Positions 1 through 14,069 of a stretch of 64,000 nt of DNA are shown in pieces. The first letter of the stretch is position 1, and the number at the start of each line of letters is the position of its first letter. Origin of the DNA: Paraspadella gotoi (Eukaryota > Animalia > Chaetognatha); contig CM119266.1 in NCBI GenBank assembly GCA_051294375.1, positions 14,302,755 through 14,366,754 of the forward strand. Direction: 5' to 3'. A program made the position numbers and the translations under genes. A model generated the notes under the pieces. The model worked only from the letters and a program-made list of their open reading frames with translations. It was not told the DNA's origin and did not search any database.

Positions 1-199
1 GTTATTCTAATTCCTCCATAATCATCAAATTTCTTATTTTTTTCTGTTCTAGAGCCGAAATTCAAGTCTAACGACGAATTCTACTGCGTCCACAGTTTTT
101 TATTTTAAAGAAAAGCCAATTAAAACAGCCTCAATTGACACAATTTTAAAAATTAAGTATTTTTTAATATTGAAATTGCAGACAACTTCTTTCCTTGAG

Positions 200-265
200 A
201 AAGAAAAAGAAAAGAAAAGAAAAGAAAAGAAAAGAAAAGAAAAGAAAAGAAAAGAAAAGAAAAGA
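200..265 (+). repeat. (GAAAA)n microsatellite
   Basis: Tandem AAAAG units, directly visible. Confidence 0.9.
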
Positions 266-1139
266 GAGAAAAAGAGGAAAGAAAGGCGTTCGTTTTTGGC
301 GCGAAATTGGATAAAAGTCCCGACGGAGGAAGAAGGCAAGGAGATAGGCGAGTCTGCAAATTGCCCGATTTCAACGAGAGATCCGAGGGCGAGGAAGAGG
401 GAGTCGGAGGAGGAGGGGGATGAGAGTTGGGGGCTGAGGATAGACCGCCCCTCGCCCTTGCATCCACCCGACGTCGTTTACGCGCCACGCCCTCCTTCCT
501 AGAATCCTTTCAGCCCGCCATAGGACGCGGAGGCTCGGCGATCCCGGTAGAACTTGTCTTGTTTTGTCTTTTATTTAGAATATTTACAACGCTTTTCTTG
601 AGGAATTCACAAAAACACAGTTTGAATAATTTTACAATATAGTATTCTTTATTATTGCATCTCATATTTTTTTTCTAACTCACTCAAAACATTTACCCTG
701 TCGCCAATGGGATCTCTCTCTCTTCTAAGCAGACACCTACTGGCGAGCGGAGAAAGTGTTTCCGGGATCAAAGGCCATCTCCCGCCAACTCCGCTTCGGC
801 CTTCCACTCTGCCGTACCCCGCCCGGCCTTTCCTTGCATTGCCATGTCCCCCGCCCTGCCATGCCCTGTCGCCTCGATCCTCTCGCGTTCCACTTCCATT
901 CCAGTTTTTATCATCCGCCTCCGCGTGTTAGACCCTTCATCTGCTTCATCCTCTCGGCCTCGTCCTCATCTTCGTAGTATTTTCATCTCCTAGGCCTTTT
1001 ACGCATTCTCATCTCCTTCATCTCCTCGGCCTCATCCTCATCCTAGTACTTTTTCATCTCCTTGCCCTCTTTCTCATTCTCATCTCCTTCAAAAGAGAGA
1101 GATTCTCTCTCTCTCTCTCTTCCTGTCTATCTCTCTCTC

Positions 1140-1895
1140 TCTCTCTCGTATGCCTAGCGCGGATTTCTCCGCTTCGCTCTCGTCGTCTCTGGTTTTGGGT
1201 TCGATTGGTTTGTAAAACAAACCGAAAAATCGTTGATATCGATGTTCAATGCGCATTATTGACTTTAGCGCGCCGTCGAGGACCTGGTGCCGAGAACTCG
1301 TCGTTTTTCGGTCGTCCGTCGTCGTTCGTCGTAGTCGTGCGTACCTTTTAAGGCATCTTCTAACGATTCAAAGAAAGGGGTGAACGAGAGCCAAGAGTGG
1401 AAGGGAGATCTCCTGTTTGACCTTTGTCAACTTTGTTAAGATGAAGAGTTTGTCTTTTTAAAGTGATTACATTCCTGCCCTTGCACACACAATCATCCAC
1501 TCAGCTACCCGTCCCATCCCACCGTTACACTCGTTGCAACAGTACATACGGCAACTTTCCTTTTTTCTCTTCAGATACCATGATAATCCGAACGTTTTAA
1601 CGTGACTGTTATACATTACAGATCTGTTTCTCATTTCCGTCCCTTCGGAGGAGTCACGTACAGGGGGCGCAATAATATCTAAAGCATTTTCCGGTACTCA
1701 TCGATTTACGGGAGACGAAGATAGGAGAGAGAGAAAGAGAAGAGAGAATGGGATGGGATGAGAGAAAAAGAAGAAGGGAGCGAAAAACTCAAAAGAAAAG
1801 AAGAGAGCGATAATAGACTAGTTAAAATAAGGAAAGATGAGAGACCAGGTGAGAAAGGAGCGAAGAAGAGAGGAAGAGCGAAAGAGAACAGAGAG

Positions 1896-1948
<53 letters not shown>

Positions 1949-2309
1949 AGAGGAATGAGAATACGCCACATATAACGACCGAGCCGAAGCCCAACATGTC
2001 ATTAAGGTGAGCAAGAAAACACCGTCAACTGCTGGGCCACCAATAGATGTCCAATCCTAAGATAAGGTGTTTATAAGGGGTAGAAGAACAGGTCTATAGA
2101 GGGGGACGGGGGGTGAAAAGAGAAAGTCTATGGGGTGGAAACTATGGGGGATGGCTCGGGGGGTCAAATCAAGATTTTGTCAGGGGGCAGTCAAAGAGGT
2201 GGGTTGTGAATATGGATCGGAAAAAGAAAGGATCACGAGAGCCTAATATCACGAGAGAGAGAGAGAGAAGAGAGAGAGAGCGAAGAAGAGAGAGAGAGAG
2301 AGAAGGAGA

Positions 2310-2359
<50 letters not shown>

Positions 2360-3250
2360 CAACGCAACAAAAGTCAGGAATTGCCCCCAACCCTCAGACT
2401 CCTGCGAATAAAGATCCACCGATCGAATGAAGTAGAAAAAAAAAAGAAAAAAAGAAAATGCGTAAAGGCCAAAGTCGTTTTCACGTCCGCGTTCCCGAGG
2501 GAGAGAAGGGCGGGAAATCGAGGTTGCGCTCCCCACCCGGCGCCAGGCACCCGCCTTAATTTACGAAAAGCCCGTGCCGATAAATATAGGTTCGTCCCTT
2601 CGATTCTCGATTCGCCAACGAACTTTCTAATCGCGCCCGTCATTCTGGCTGCGCTCAGTTTGCGCGGGCGGTGTCTACTCTCATGGCGACGATGAAATCT
2701 AGTTCCGATACGATGAAATCCAGCTCTTCTTTTTTTCTTCGCCCAACGCGATTAAACACCGGGTAGGATATTTCGGGCGAGTTTTCGTCTTTAACGAACA
2801 AAAAAAAGGTTTTTTTTTTAGCACAAAAACCGGTAGGGAAGAATATCTTTCGATCGGAAGATCGAAGAATCGGATAAGTCGCGCGCCCTTCGTGCGTTCG
2901 ACGAGAGACAAGAAATAAAAATTAGATCACGCAAAGGTAAACAAAAAAGTGCAACGTGAAAGGAGAAGTAAAGAGAAGAAAAGGAAAAGAATAAAAGGAA
3001 AAGCAGATAGGAATCTTTTTCGAGGCCGCTTCGCGACGAGACGCACGAACGAAGCCTGCGTCAGGATCGAAACGATAGCGATGGAAATGATATGGTGCTG
3101 CCACATTCCGGGGTCATCGCCGCGGAACGAGATGACGACGACGAATAGCAGGACGACGAAAGAAGCGTGCGACGAGCGTGAAAAATATGAAGTGGGTGAG
3201 CGAGAAAGAGCAGCGGGGAGGAGAGAGGAGAGAGAGAGAAGAGAGAGAGG
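1140..3250 (-). repeat. Block A, inverted copy (matches ~9350-11480 and ~17950-20200)
   Basis: For example, GGTTCGATTGGTTTGTAAAACAAACCGAAAAATCG at ~1198 is the reverse complement of CGATTTTCGGTTTGTTTACAAACCAATCGAACC at ~11391 and ~20116. Collinear throughout with many small indels. Boundaries are approximate. Confidence 0.9.
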
Positions 3251-3615
3251 AGAGAGAGAGAGAGAGAGAGAGAAAGAAGAGAGAGATACGGTAAGAAATG
3301 CAAATTGAAAAGAGAAAATAAAGTAAAAGAATAGACAGAAAAAAAGAAACAAATAAGAAAAGAAAGACTCGACAGAATATACATCGCTGCAAAATGAAGG
3401 TTGAAAAATCGAAAAGAAAAAAGAAAATGGAGAGGCGGAACGATGGATGGATGGATGAGGCAGGGAAAGGAGGAACGGAGGTGCTTTTTCTTTTCTTCTT
3501 TTTCGGCGGTGAAGGACAAAGGAAATATGAAATGGAACAAAAGGATTATGACGAAAATCCCAGGATTATGTGGCAGCTTTTGAGTGACATCGAATTCTCT
3601 GTCAGAGAGAGAGTG

Positions 3616-3656
<41 letters not shown>

Positions 3657-3663
3657 TAGAGAG

Positions 3664-3700
<37 letters not shown>

Positions 3701-4053
3701 GATGCAGGAGCGTGATGAGGGATTTGCGATTTTTATTTTTCCGATTGGAAAGTCAAGTTAGCGGAGAAATTTAAAAAATCTGAAAGAAAAAAGATAAAAT
3801 CGTTGCGGATGAACAACGAGAATCGAGGATTGGAACTACGCCAAATACAATCTGCGCATTACGCGTTTACACGCAGCACGGCGCCTTTGTCTTTTGATAA
3901 GGGCAATTGTTGAACAAATTTGGTCTGCTCGGTACTGGTACTCGGGTACAAACTTCCTTATACTTCAAGAGTTGTACAAACTGACCAAAGAATAGGAATG
4001 CTTCAAGGTTTTAGCTAAAAAAAATGCAATTAATTTATTTTAATTTATTTTAT

Positions 4054-5891
4054 GGCAGTGTCTATACGAACGCCTTTCTTAAAACCATATGATTTCTAAC
4101 TGTAAAAAATTATTACCTTTTTAGTGTTGTCGTTTAATTCTTCAGGTTTCATTCTAAACTTTAAAAAAATCGGTTTTGGATAGTTATCTCCCTATGCATA
4201 AGACAACGGCAATGTTTGTTATTCTAAATATTCAAAATTCGCTAACGACAAAAGTTCTTCAGAGTTTTTGAACTAATTGAGTTGAAAAAATCTATTTCAA
4301 ACTATCGAGTTACGAAATCTACGTAAAACATTGGTTTAAAAAAATGGAAAAGTTTTAAAGCTTTTCGCGAGAAGAAATTGGAGCGTAGACACTCCACGTC
4401 TTAGAATGCAAGCGATTTTTCTCCTTTAAATCTAAGATTAATTATTTTCTTTTTCATTCTTTCTTCTCTTTTCTTTTCTTTCTGTCTCTTGCATTACTTT
4501 TTTTCTTTCTTTCTCCTTTTTCTTTCTTTCTCTCTTTTTTCCTTCTTTCTTTCTTTCTCTCTTTTTTCCTCTTTGTTTTTTTCTCTCATCTCTTCTGTTC
4601 TTACTATCTCTTTCTCTCTCTCTTTTGTTTTCTCTCTTTCTTCGCTCTCTATTCGTTCTCTTTTTTTTTTTTGCTTTTTTTATTCTGTATCGTAATGTTG
4701 CCATAATCTTTCTTCTCTCTCTTTCTTTCTCCTTTTTTTTTTTTTTGCTTTTTTTTTTCTGTATCGTAATGTTGCCCATAATCTTCCTCTCTCTCTTTCT
4801 TTCTGAAGAGAAACTCGCATCGTAACGCTTTTTGATCAAATATTTTTTTTTGAGTTTATATAGTTTTGTAATTATTAATTATTAATTACCGCTAATGATC
4901 GTGGGCAGATCCGACATTGTTTGCTCAAACTTGATTCTTCCTTCCTTTTTTCTTTCTTATCCTTTCTTCTCTTGCTTTCCTTTCTCCTTTTTTCTTTCTT
5001 TATTTCTTTAATTCTTTATTTTTTTTTCTGTATTAATTTATTTCTTTAGTTTATGCTCCAAAAATTGGTAACTCGCGATTTTTTTTTCTATTTTGGTTTC
5101 TTAGCAGATTTAGTTAAAGTTCGACAGATTTTTAGCGGAATAATTTGTCCGCAAAACCTGTCGACACGCGAAAAAAATGATTAAAAAATTGTCCTGATGC
5201 TTTAAGATAACGCAAATGATGCGGTTTTTAAAGATTGTAACAAGAATAATAATAGTGCACAACTAATAAAACTATAAAAACAAATAAATCTAAAGTCGAA
5301 ATGAAAAATAAACTACAATCACAAAAAATCACAAATTCAAAAGACATCTTAAAAAAATTTTTTAAAAGAAAACGGCCATGAAAGCTTTTTTCTTTATATT
5401 ACAGATATAATTAGCTTTTATCATGTGGGGAATATTTTGTATTAAGTTTCAATTAATTTAAAAGAATGTTTAAGTTAAGTTTAAAATGACAAAATGACAA
5501 AAATGCCATTTTTTGACTAACCATTTTAAAAAAATTCATTTTGCAGACAAATGGTGAATATTAACAAAATGCTTCTACCCCAGTAGAATGAACATAAAGG
5601 GAAACCTAAAAACGAAGTAAAAAATTTTCTTTTTTGATCTTCACTTGAAAATAGTGCCAAAACTGAAAATGGACAAAAATGGACAAGATTTTTTGAAGAT
5701 AAAAATTGCCTTAATAAAAACTATCGTTTAGCTGATAAAATTTATAGGGAATGACTTTATTTACCCCATTGTTTTGGCCAACTCTTTGTGAAATATAGTC
5801 CGAAGTATAAAAAAATTTAGCATTTCATGATTTGAATAATAAGGAGATTTCAAGTTCATTTTCTTGACAAAAGGCTTTCGTAGACACTGCC
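4054..5891. mobile_element. Non-autonomous TIR DNA transposon, ~1.84 kb, with TTAT target-site duplication
   Basis: Left end GGCAGTGTCTATACGAACGCCTTT. Right end AAAGGCTTTCGTAGACACTGCC (reverse complement GGCAGTGTCTACGAAAGCCTTT). TTAT at 4050-4053 and 5892-5895. The inverted copy of the flanks near 16925 is joined with a single ATAA (TTAT). AT-rich interior with no transposase ORF seen. Confidence 0.85.
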
Positions 5892-6094
5892 TTATACGTC
5901 TATTGTATTTTATTATTGACCTTTATATTATGTATCTTTGGCCGTTCGATGCGAAAGGCCTTCCACCGCGAGGTTCCCCTCTCCACGGACGAGACCGACT
6001 TCGGCTGGGATTATTTCATTTTCTCGATTCACTCACCTGAGCAATCTGAGTCGGGAGGAGACAGAATGCGAAGGAAATTGAGAAGGCTAGGTTG

Positions 6095-7280
6095 GTGAGG
6101 TGGTGTGAACGAGAAAGGGAAAAGACCGCCGAGGAAAGAATAAAAAATGTAATTAAAAAGTACAAAAGAAATAGTTAATGTAAGACATACAAGAACGGTT
6201 TCAGTTGAATTAAGGGAAAAACGAGAAAGGATATTTTCACTTGAGTTTTTCGCATTACACAACAAAATTTTAAAACAAACCTCTAAAATGGTAAATATAG
6301 GTCGAGATGCAGAAGATAAAGAAAAGAACCCTGGGCGCGTTCAGAGAAATATACGAGAAAGAAGGAAGTTAACATCAAACGCGGGAAGCCCTGGCGTGGG
6401 TCGGGGGGGGGGGACGGGCGCTCAAAACGAGGTGGAACGCGGAACTCTAAAATCTCGCGGCCATTCGAGACCATCTTTTCCCTGCCGGACAAGAATGCTT
6501 TTTCTCGGCGCCGCCAAAAGATCCTGACATTTGCACATGGGTCTGGCGAGTTTGAGGGAGGTTGGCGAGGTGAAAAGTTGAAGGCGGGTGAGGAATTGGG
6601 TGGGGGAGTGAGAAAGGCGGGTGGAGAGGTGCAATGAAAAGCGGCTTAGTTATTCTGCTGGATGGAGATAAAGTCAGGTAAAAAAAAAAGCAATCCTGAA
6701 GGTAACTTTCTTCGGGTGAAGAAGCTGAACCTGCGTCCAACAATTCCAAGGAATCAATCCGAGCAAGACGGCAATAAGTCTGCTAAACGGTACCCACAGG
6801 CGAAACGGGTGCTATCTGGCAGAAAGGTGACAACTCGTGGCAAAAACATTTCTCAAACATGGCAAACATGAATCACGTGCAAATACGCAAAGCTCACATC
6901 AAGTAGTGAGTTGCACGTATACTCACTATAGCATCAACTTTCGACACGCACTCACGCGAAAGTATGAACTGTTGACTTAGAACCCTCTGATACGCTAGCA
7001 GATCACGAGAAAAGACGAACAGAAAGCAAAAAGTGAGAAAGGGCGATTTTCGTTGTCCGAAAAGTGCCCGACACATTTGCACGGAGCGCATTGGGCGACG
7101 TCGGGCGGGGGAGGATGAGCCGGGTATGCGCGGAGGAGATTCATCTCCTTAGTCGAGGCTGTGACAGAGAATAAGAGGAAAGATAGTAGGCCACCTCTCA
7201 AGACAAAATGGGTTCCGGCCTGTGGCCGAGGAAATTTAATCGACGCCAAACGCAGGATCTTTCGTTTTCTCTCTCGTCTC
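6095..7280 (+). repeat. Block D, copy 1 (direct copy at 8131-~9340)
   Basis: GTGAGGTGGTGTGAACGAGAAAGGG... versus GTGAGGTTGTGAACGAGAAGGGG... directly after the 25-N gap. Collinear up to CGCAGGAT(C)TTTCGTTTT and the CT repeat. Confidence 0.9.
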
Positions 7281-8130
7281 TCTTTCCTCTCTCGCTCCGC
7301 TCTTCCGCTCTCTTCCTCTCCTCTTCTCTTCTCCATTGTCATCTCTCCTGTATACTCCTCTCTCTCTCTCTCTCTCTCTGCTTTCTTTCTGTTTCTTCCT
7401 CATCACATTATATTTATTTATTTTAGACATATACTTCAAGTGTTTACACTAAATGTATATTAGTGCAAAGCTGATAAAAGCTCCACAGACCACGTTTCTC
7501 AAATTTCTGTCTACGTATAATACCACGTATGAGAGCATAACTGTTGTTTAAACTTAAGACGGATTCCAGATTTATTTTTTTAGTTTAAATTTAAGATATA
7601 ATTGACAATTGAGACGAGCCTCAAAGAAAATTGGCGACGCTGCAAAAACGCGAAAGCGTCATAAACCGCCAATGATGGAAAAAGATGTTAATCTTGCGGG
7701 CGAGATCTTCGTGAAATAGCGCTCGTGGCTCAGATGCCGCTTCGGAACGGGGATGAACTTTGGCAGTAAAAGCGATGGGGGAGGATGGGGGGCAGGGCGT
7801 GGGAGGGAGCGAGGTGGCCTGAGGACCACATGGGTGAAAGAGAACGAAATAGAAGAGTACGGAGAGAGTGAAAAGAGGAAGATGAGGACGAAGCAAAGAG
7901 ATGAAGGGAGATGAGGAGAGGAAGAAGAGGAGAGGCAAGGATATGAAGGGGAGATGAGAATGAGGAAGAGGCCAGAAGAGGAGTAGGGCACAAGGATATG
8001 AGGAGATGAGAATGAGGAAGAGGCCAAATAGAAAGGAGAAAGGCAAAAGATATGAAGGAGATGAGAATGAAAGAGACAAAAGAAGACGGAAGAAGGCAAA
8101 TAATANNNNNNNNNNNNNNNNNNNNNNNNN

Positions 8131-9340
8131 GTGAGGTTGTGAACGAGAAGGGGGGAAAAGACCGCGAAGGAAAGATAAAAAATGTAATTGAAAAAGTATC
8201 AAAAAGAAATAGTTAAGTAAGACATCCAAGAAACTGGTTTCAGTTGAATTAATGAGAAAAACGAGAAGGTATTTCCCTTTGAGTCTTTTTCCTAACATAA
8301 CACAATTTTAAAACGACGACTCCTAAAACTGGTAAAATCAGGGCGAGATCAGAAGTAATAAAGAAAAAACCCTGGGCGCGTCAGAGAAATAACGGAAGGA
8401 AGAAGTTAACATCAATAACGCGGGAAGCCCTGGCGATGGGTCGGGGGGGACGGGCGGCCAAATAAGAGGTTGCGATACGGCGCGACTGGCTCGAAATACT
8501 CCGGCCGAGACCATCTTTCCTCCTGCTTCACGCTGAAAAGAATGCTTTTCTCGCGCGCCAAAAATTCCTGAACATTGTCATGGTCTGGCGAGTTGAGGGA
8601 GGTGGCGGAGGTTGAAAAGTTGAGGCGGGTGACAGGCAATTTGCGGTGGGGGGAGTGAGAAGGCGGGTGGAGAGGTGGCAATGAAAACGGCTGAGTTATT
8701 CTGTGGGATGGAGATAAAAGTCAAGGAAAAGGAAAAAAAGACATCCTGAAGGTAACGTTTACTCGGAGTGAAGAACTGGACCTGCGTCCCAACAATTTCC
8801 AAGAATCATCCGAGCAAAGACGGCATAAGTCCTGCAAACGTAAGCCCACAGGAGCTGAAACGGTGCGTATCGTGGCAAAGGGTGAGGCACTCGTGGCAAA
8901 CGATTCTGCAAAGCATCTGCAAACATTCTAACATAGTGCAAATAAACAAGCTCACACTCAGGGTATCACGTTGCACAAGTTACTTACATAACATCAAGCA
9001 CGCATACAATGGAAAGTAGAACTCATTGGACTATGAGCGCCTCATCACGCATCAGAGGCAACGAAAAAGACGACAAAAGCAAAAAGGAGATAGGCGATTT
9101 TCGGTTGTCCGAAAAGTGCCCGAACATTTGCACGGCAGCCGCATTAGGGCGACGTCGGGCGGGGGGAGGATGAAGCCGGTATGCGCGGCAGGAGGATTTC
9201 ATCTCCCTTTTAAGTCGAGGCTGGTTCGAAGAGAATAAGAGGAAAGATAGTACGTCCACCTCTCAGACAAATGGGTTCCGGCTGTGGCCGAGGTAATTTT
9301 CTGACCCAACCGCAGGATTTTCGTTTTTCTCTCTCTCTTC
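8131..9340 (+). repeat. Block D, copy 2
   Basis: Indel-rich direct copy of 6095-7280. Runs into block A through a (CT)n tract. Confidence 0.9.
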
Positions 9341-9348
9341 TCTCCGTG

Positions 9349-9349
<1 letters not shown>

Positions 9350-9396
<47 letters not shown>

Positions 9397-10260
9397 CTCT
9401 CTCTCTCCTCCGCTGCTCTTTCTCGCTCACCCACTTCATATTTTTCACGCTTCGTCGCACCCTTCGTTCGTCGTCCTGCTATCGTCGTCGTCATCGTTCG
9501 TCGCGGCGATTGACCGCGGAATGGGCAGGCCATACTCATTTCCATCGCTTCGTTCGATCCTGACGCAGGCTTCGTCGTGCGTCCCGTCGCGAAGCGGGCC
9601 TTCGAAAAGATCCTATCTGCTTTTCCTTTTATTCTTTTCTCTTTCTTCTCTTTACTTCTCCTTTCACGTTGACTTTTTTGTTTTACTTTGTTGTGAGTCT
9701 AATTTTTATTTCTTGTCTCTCGTTCGAAACGCACGCAAGGGCGCGCGACTTATCCGATTCTTCGATCTCCGATCGAAAGATATTCTTCCCTACCGGTTTT
9801 TGTGCTAAAAAAAAAACCTTTTTTTTGTTCGTTCAAAGACGAAACGGAAACCTCTCCTACCACGGGATCCCCGTTTTGGAACGAGAAAAAAGAGAGCTGA
9901 TTATCTTACTCGGAAACTAGATTCTATTTCGCCATGGGGAGACCGAATAGTGACCGCCCGCGCCCAGCAGAAGTCGAAGTTGACGGGCGGCCGATTAGAA
10001 AAGTACGTTGGCGAATCGAGAATCGAAGGGACGAAACCTTTTATTTATCGGACCGGGGCTTTTCGTCAAATTAAGTGGGGCTGCTGGCCCGGTGGGAGCG
10101 CACCTCGATTCCCGCCCTTCTCTCCCTGGAACGGGACGTCTGAAACGACTTGGCCTTACGATTTTCTTTTTTTCTTTTTTTTTTCTACTTCATTCGATTC
10201 GTTGATCTTTTTCGAAGAGTCTGAAGGGTGTGGGGGAATTCCTGTACTTTTTGTTGCGTT

Positions 10261-10304
<44 letters not shown>

Positions 10305-10659
10305 CTCTCTCTTCTCTCTCTCTCTCTCTCTCTTCTTCGCCTCTCATCTCTTCTCTCTCTCTCTTCGTGTATTAGCTCTCGTGATCCCTTTCTTTTTCCG
10401 ATCCATATTCACAACCCACCCTTTGACTCCCCCTGACAAAACTCTGATGTTGACCCCCCGAGGCCATCCCCCATAGTTTCCACCCCATAGATTTCTCTTT
10501 TCACCCCCCTCCCCCCTTAAAAGACTCGTTCTTAACCCCTTACACCTTATCTGCGATTGGACATCTATTTGGTGGCCCTAGAGTTGCGGTGGTTTCTTGC
10601 TCACCTAATGACATTTGTTCGGGCTCGGCCGTATAGTGATGCGTATTTTCCATTCCTCT

Positions 10660-10712
<53 letters not shown>

Positions 10713-13700
10713 CTCTCTGTTTCTTCTCGCTTTCTCCTCTCTCTCTCGCTCCTTTCTCACTGGCTCTTTCACTATCTCCTTATTTTACTAGTCTATATCG
10801 CTCTCTTCTTTCTTTTTGAGTTTTTCGTTCCCTTTCTTCTCTTCTCTCATCTCCACCCATTTCTCTCTTCTCTCTTCTCTCTTCCTATCTTCTCTCCGAT
10901 AAATCGATGAGAACCGGAAATGGCTTTAGATATTATTGCGCCCCTACGATGACTCCGCTCCGAGGGACGGAGTGAATTAACAGTGATCTGTAAGTTATAC
11001 ATCACATGTAATAACGTTTCGGATTACAGTGACGTGAAGAGAAAAAAGGAAATGTCGTATGTGTACGTTGTGCAACAGGGAACGATGGTGGGCCTGGGTA
11101 AGTGGTTGCTGGTCGGATGTTCGTAGTGTGACAGGGCAGAATATAATCACTTTAAAAAGAGACAATCTTCATCTTAACAAAGCTTGACCAAGGTCAAAAG
11201 GTAGCATCTCTCCTTCCACTCTTGGCTCTCGTTCACCCCTTTCTTTGAATCGTTAGAAAGACTGCCTTAAAGAGACGCACGACGGCCACGACGACGACGA
11301 CGGACGACCGAAAACGTACGACGAGTTCTCGGCACCAGGTCCTTCGACGGCCGCGCTAAAGTCAATAATGCGCTTGAACATCGAATCAAACGATTTTCGG
11401 TTTGTTTACAAACCAATCGAACCCAAAACCAGAAGACGGGACGGAAGCGGAGAAATCCTGCGCTTAGGATACGAGAAGAAGATAGAGAGAGAGAGAGAGA
11501 AGGAGAGATGAGAGAGAGAGACCGAGAGAGGAGAGAGAGAGGAGAGAGACCTGCACCCACCTTCGCTCTCATCCCCACCGCCAGCCCGTACGACCCGCAC
11601 CACGACCGACCCGCACTCCATATACTGACCATGCCATCAGCTCAACTCGTGTGCGCGGTGCGTGTGATACCCGTGCTCTGAAGTAGCGACGATCGCTCTA
11701 CCGAGTCACGACTAGCTACGATGACCTAAGACGCTCAGCATAATAATGACCGGAGAGCTCCGTGAGGCGCGGCATGTGGCCTGTTGTCTTCGTACTCACA
11801 GCATCCCTCTATACTCATACGAACCCACCTTCTCCACACTCACCACCACACTCGCTCGAACTATCGGCCCGCTTCTCCCAATACCCTATCTCCTCCCGGT
11901 GCACTCCACGCCCGCGCTGAGCGACAACGCACGCACGCCGCGTAACAAAACACAAACGGCGCACAGACGACAACACACAAACAACACGGAACATGCGCTC
12001 GCTGCGCGCACTCTCGGACACAGCCCATTCACTCTTCCCACCGTCCGCGCCACTCACCCTCTTTCGCCCTTGCGTCTCTTTGCCGCGCTGATGTCCTCCG
12101 TGGGTCCTCCGACCCCTCCTCCGCTGTCACTAATCCCTGATTCCGCCCCTCACCACCGACATGTCACGAACTCGCGACCCACGCCCCTCGTGCTACGCTC
12201 ACATCTGGCCGCCGCCTCCTTCCTGGTCCCCATGAAACGACTCGTTCCGCTCTGATCGCTCCGCTCCAGCTACGTCCGTTCCTTTCTATTGCCGCGTCAC
12301 GCGGCGCTCTCCCGTCCGGCACCCCTCTTCGCGAAACCGTGGTCCGGCGCATCCGCCCCCGCCGCGCCCATCCGCTTTCTCCCTTCCTCCTCTATCCCCC
12401 CCCCTCCTCGCCTCACGGCCCTTCCCGACTCCGCCTACCCTCGATAAATCAACAGCCGCGCAGCTTCACAGACTCCCTGCCAGTGCGCGACCATCGACCG
12501 CTAAAATCCTCGTCCGTGCGGGCCCGACAATCTGACGTCCTCTGCGTTAATCTTGCGCTGATACTCTTCACGCGGCGACTCTCGACACGCGATTCAACCC
12601 CGCCTCCTCCCCTGCTCGCGACTCTCCTCGTTTCACGTCGATCCCTCCCTACCTGAGAACCCTCCCGATTCGTCCACTCTTCGCAAACGTTACATCAACC
12701 GGTTGATTTTTTTTAGTTTTCGCGTTTTGTTGAGATTGGATATTCTTTGAGGGGGGCGGGGGAGGGTACTGTCCGACGGTCGACGATGTGGGCTGAAACA
12801 AAACATGAAGGAAAAACAAGAACACAATTGTGCTACAGACACGAAAAAGTCGTTTGTATTAATATTTTTAACTTAACGTATTTGCGTGTTTAATTATTAA
12901 GGAGTTAAAATCTGTATAGATTCCGCTATTATCAATATAAGTGAAAATTGTTAGCAAAGATCCAAAGAATTAGCAATATAATGACAAAAACCGATGCCAC
13001 TTTAACACTCCGAAAATTATTTTTGTCTCCCAAGCTTAGTCAACGTTCACATCGCTAAAACAATCATTTTCGGTTTTTCACTTCCTTCATTTTTTTTTGT
13101 TCTGCCGTCCGTCGTAATTTGTTTTCAAAATTCGGAAATCTAATCAGGGATCGAGATCTTCTCGCCGTTTGGACGCCGATTTCACATTCACCATTCGCTC
13201 ATTCACTCATTCACTCATTGCCGAGTCGCTCATTCGTCACCACCCGAGATTCACTTTCGTTCAAAGGTTTCCACTGCTTCCGTGAAATGAGACCGCGAAC
13301 TCCAATGAAACGGGGAATCGATGTGCGGGGGGGCTGCTGGAACGTCGGCGAAGCGTCTTCCCCCCCGAGCACACCACGAGCGCATTGCGCAGCTCCAGCA
13401 CTTTCACCGTCCTCGGCCTCCCCCTCGTTCCCTCAGCCGAATTCTCAATGGTTCCTCACCTCCCTCCGACACGCGCAGGCTTCTTCCTTTCTCTATACTG
13501 TGGCCTCGCTCTCCCCCCTCCCGCCACACGCCATTCTCCACCTACCGGCGTCGCACTCTGCTCTCGACACTGCAGTCGCCGGCTACTGAGAAGAATTCAG
13601 CAAGCTAGCACTCAACACACTGCAACTCTAAAAGTTCCTCTGCGGGCTCGCTAATCCGTCTTGAAAACCGCGTCTACAAACGTCTTTCGTTACCTCTACC

Positions 13701-13988
13701 CTAAATCTTTCATTACATAGTCGTCAGATTCGTTCATGTATTCCATCGTCGTCATCGTCGCATGTCGTCCTTGTCGTCATCGTCATTCGTCACGGTCGTC
13801 CGTCAAGGAAAAACCTCCTCCGCTGCCCCTCCCCCCCCCGCCGCGCGGTTGTCCCCCCAAACGGCTGGCGCCCTCTCTCCGCGGGGTTTTAGGGCCTGCG
13901 GTTCCGGGCTCGAGGGACTCGCCAATTTCAAAACAGTTTCGAATAATCCGAGGGAGAGCTTCTGTTCGTTGGTGGGAGATTGTGACCT

Positions 13989-14021
<33 letters not shown>

Positions 14022-14022
14022 A

Positions 14023-14069
<47 letters not shown>

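Noticed and set aside
11560-12700. C-rich unique-looking segment with 169-aa and 105-aa ORFs
   Set aside because: It occupies the position of 20200-20880 in the other copy and has no recognisable protein. It looks like low-quality long-read sequence.
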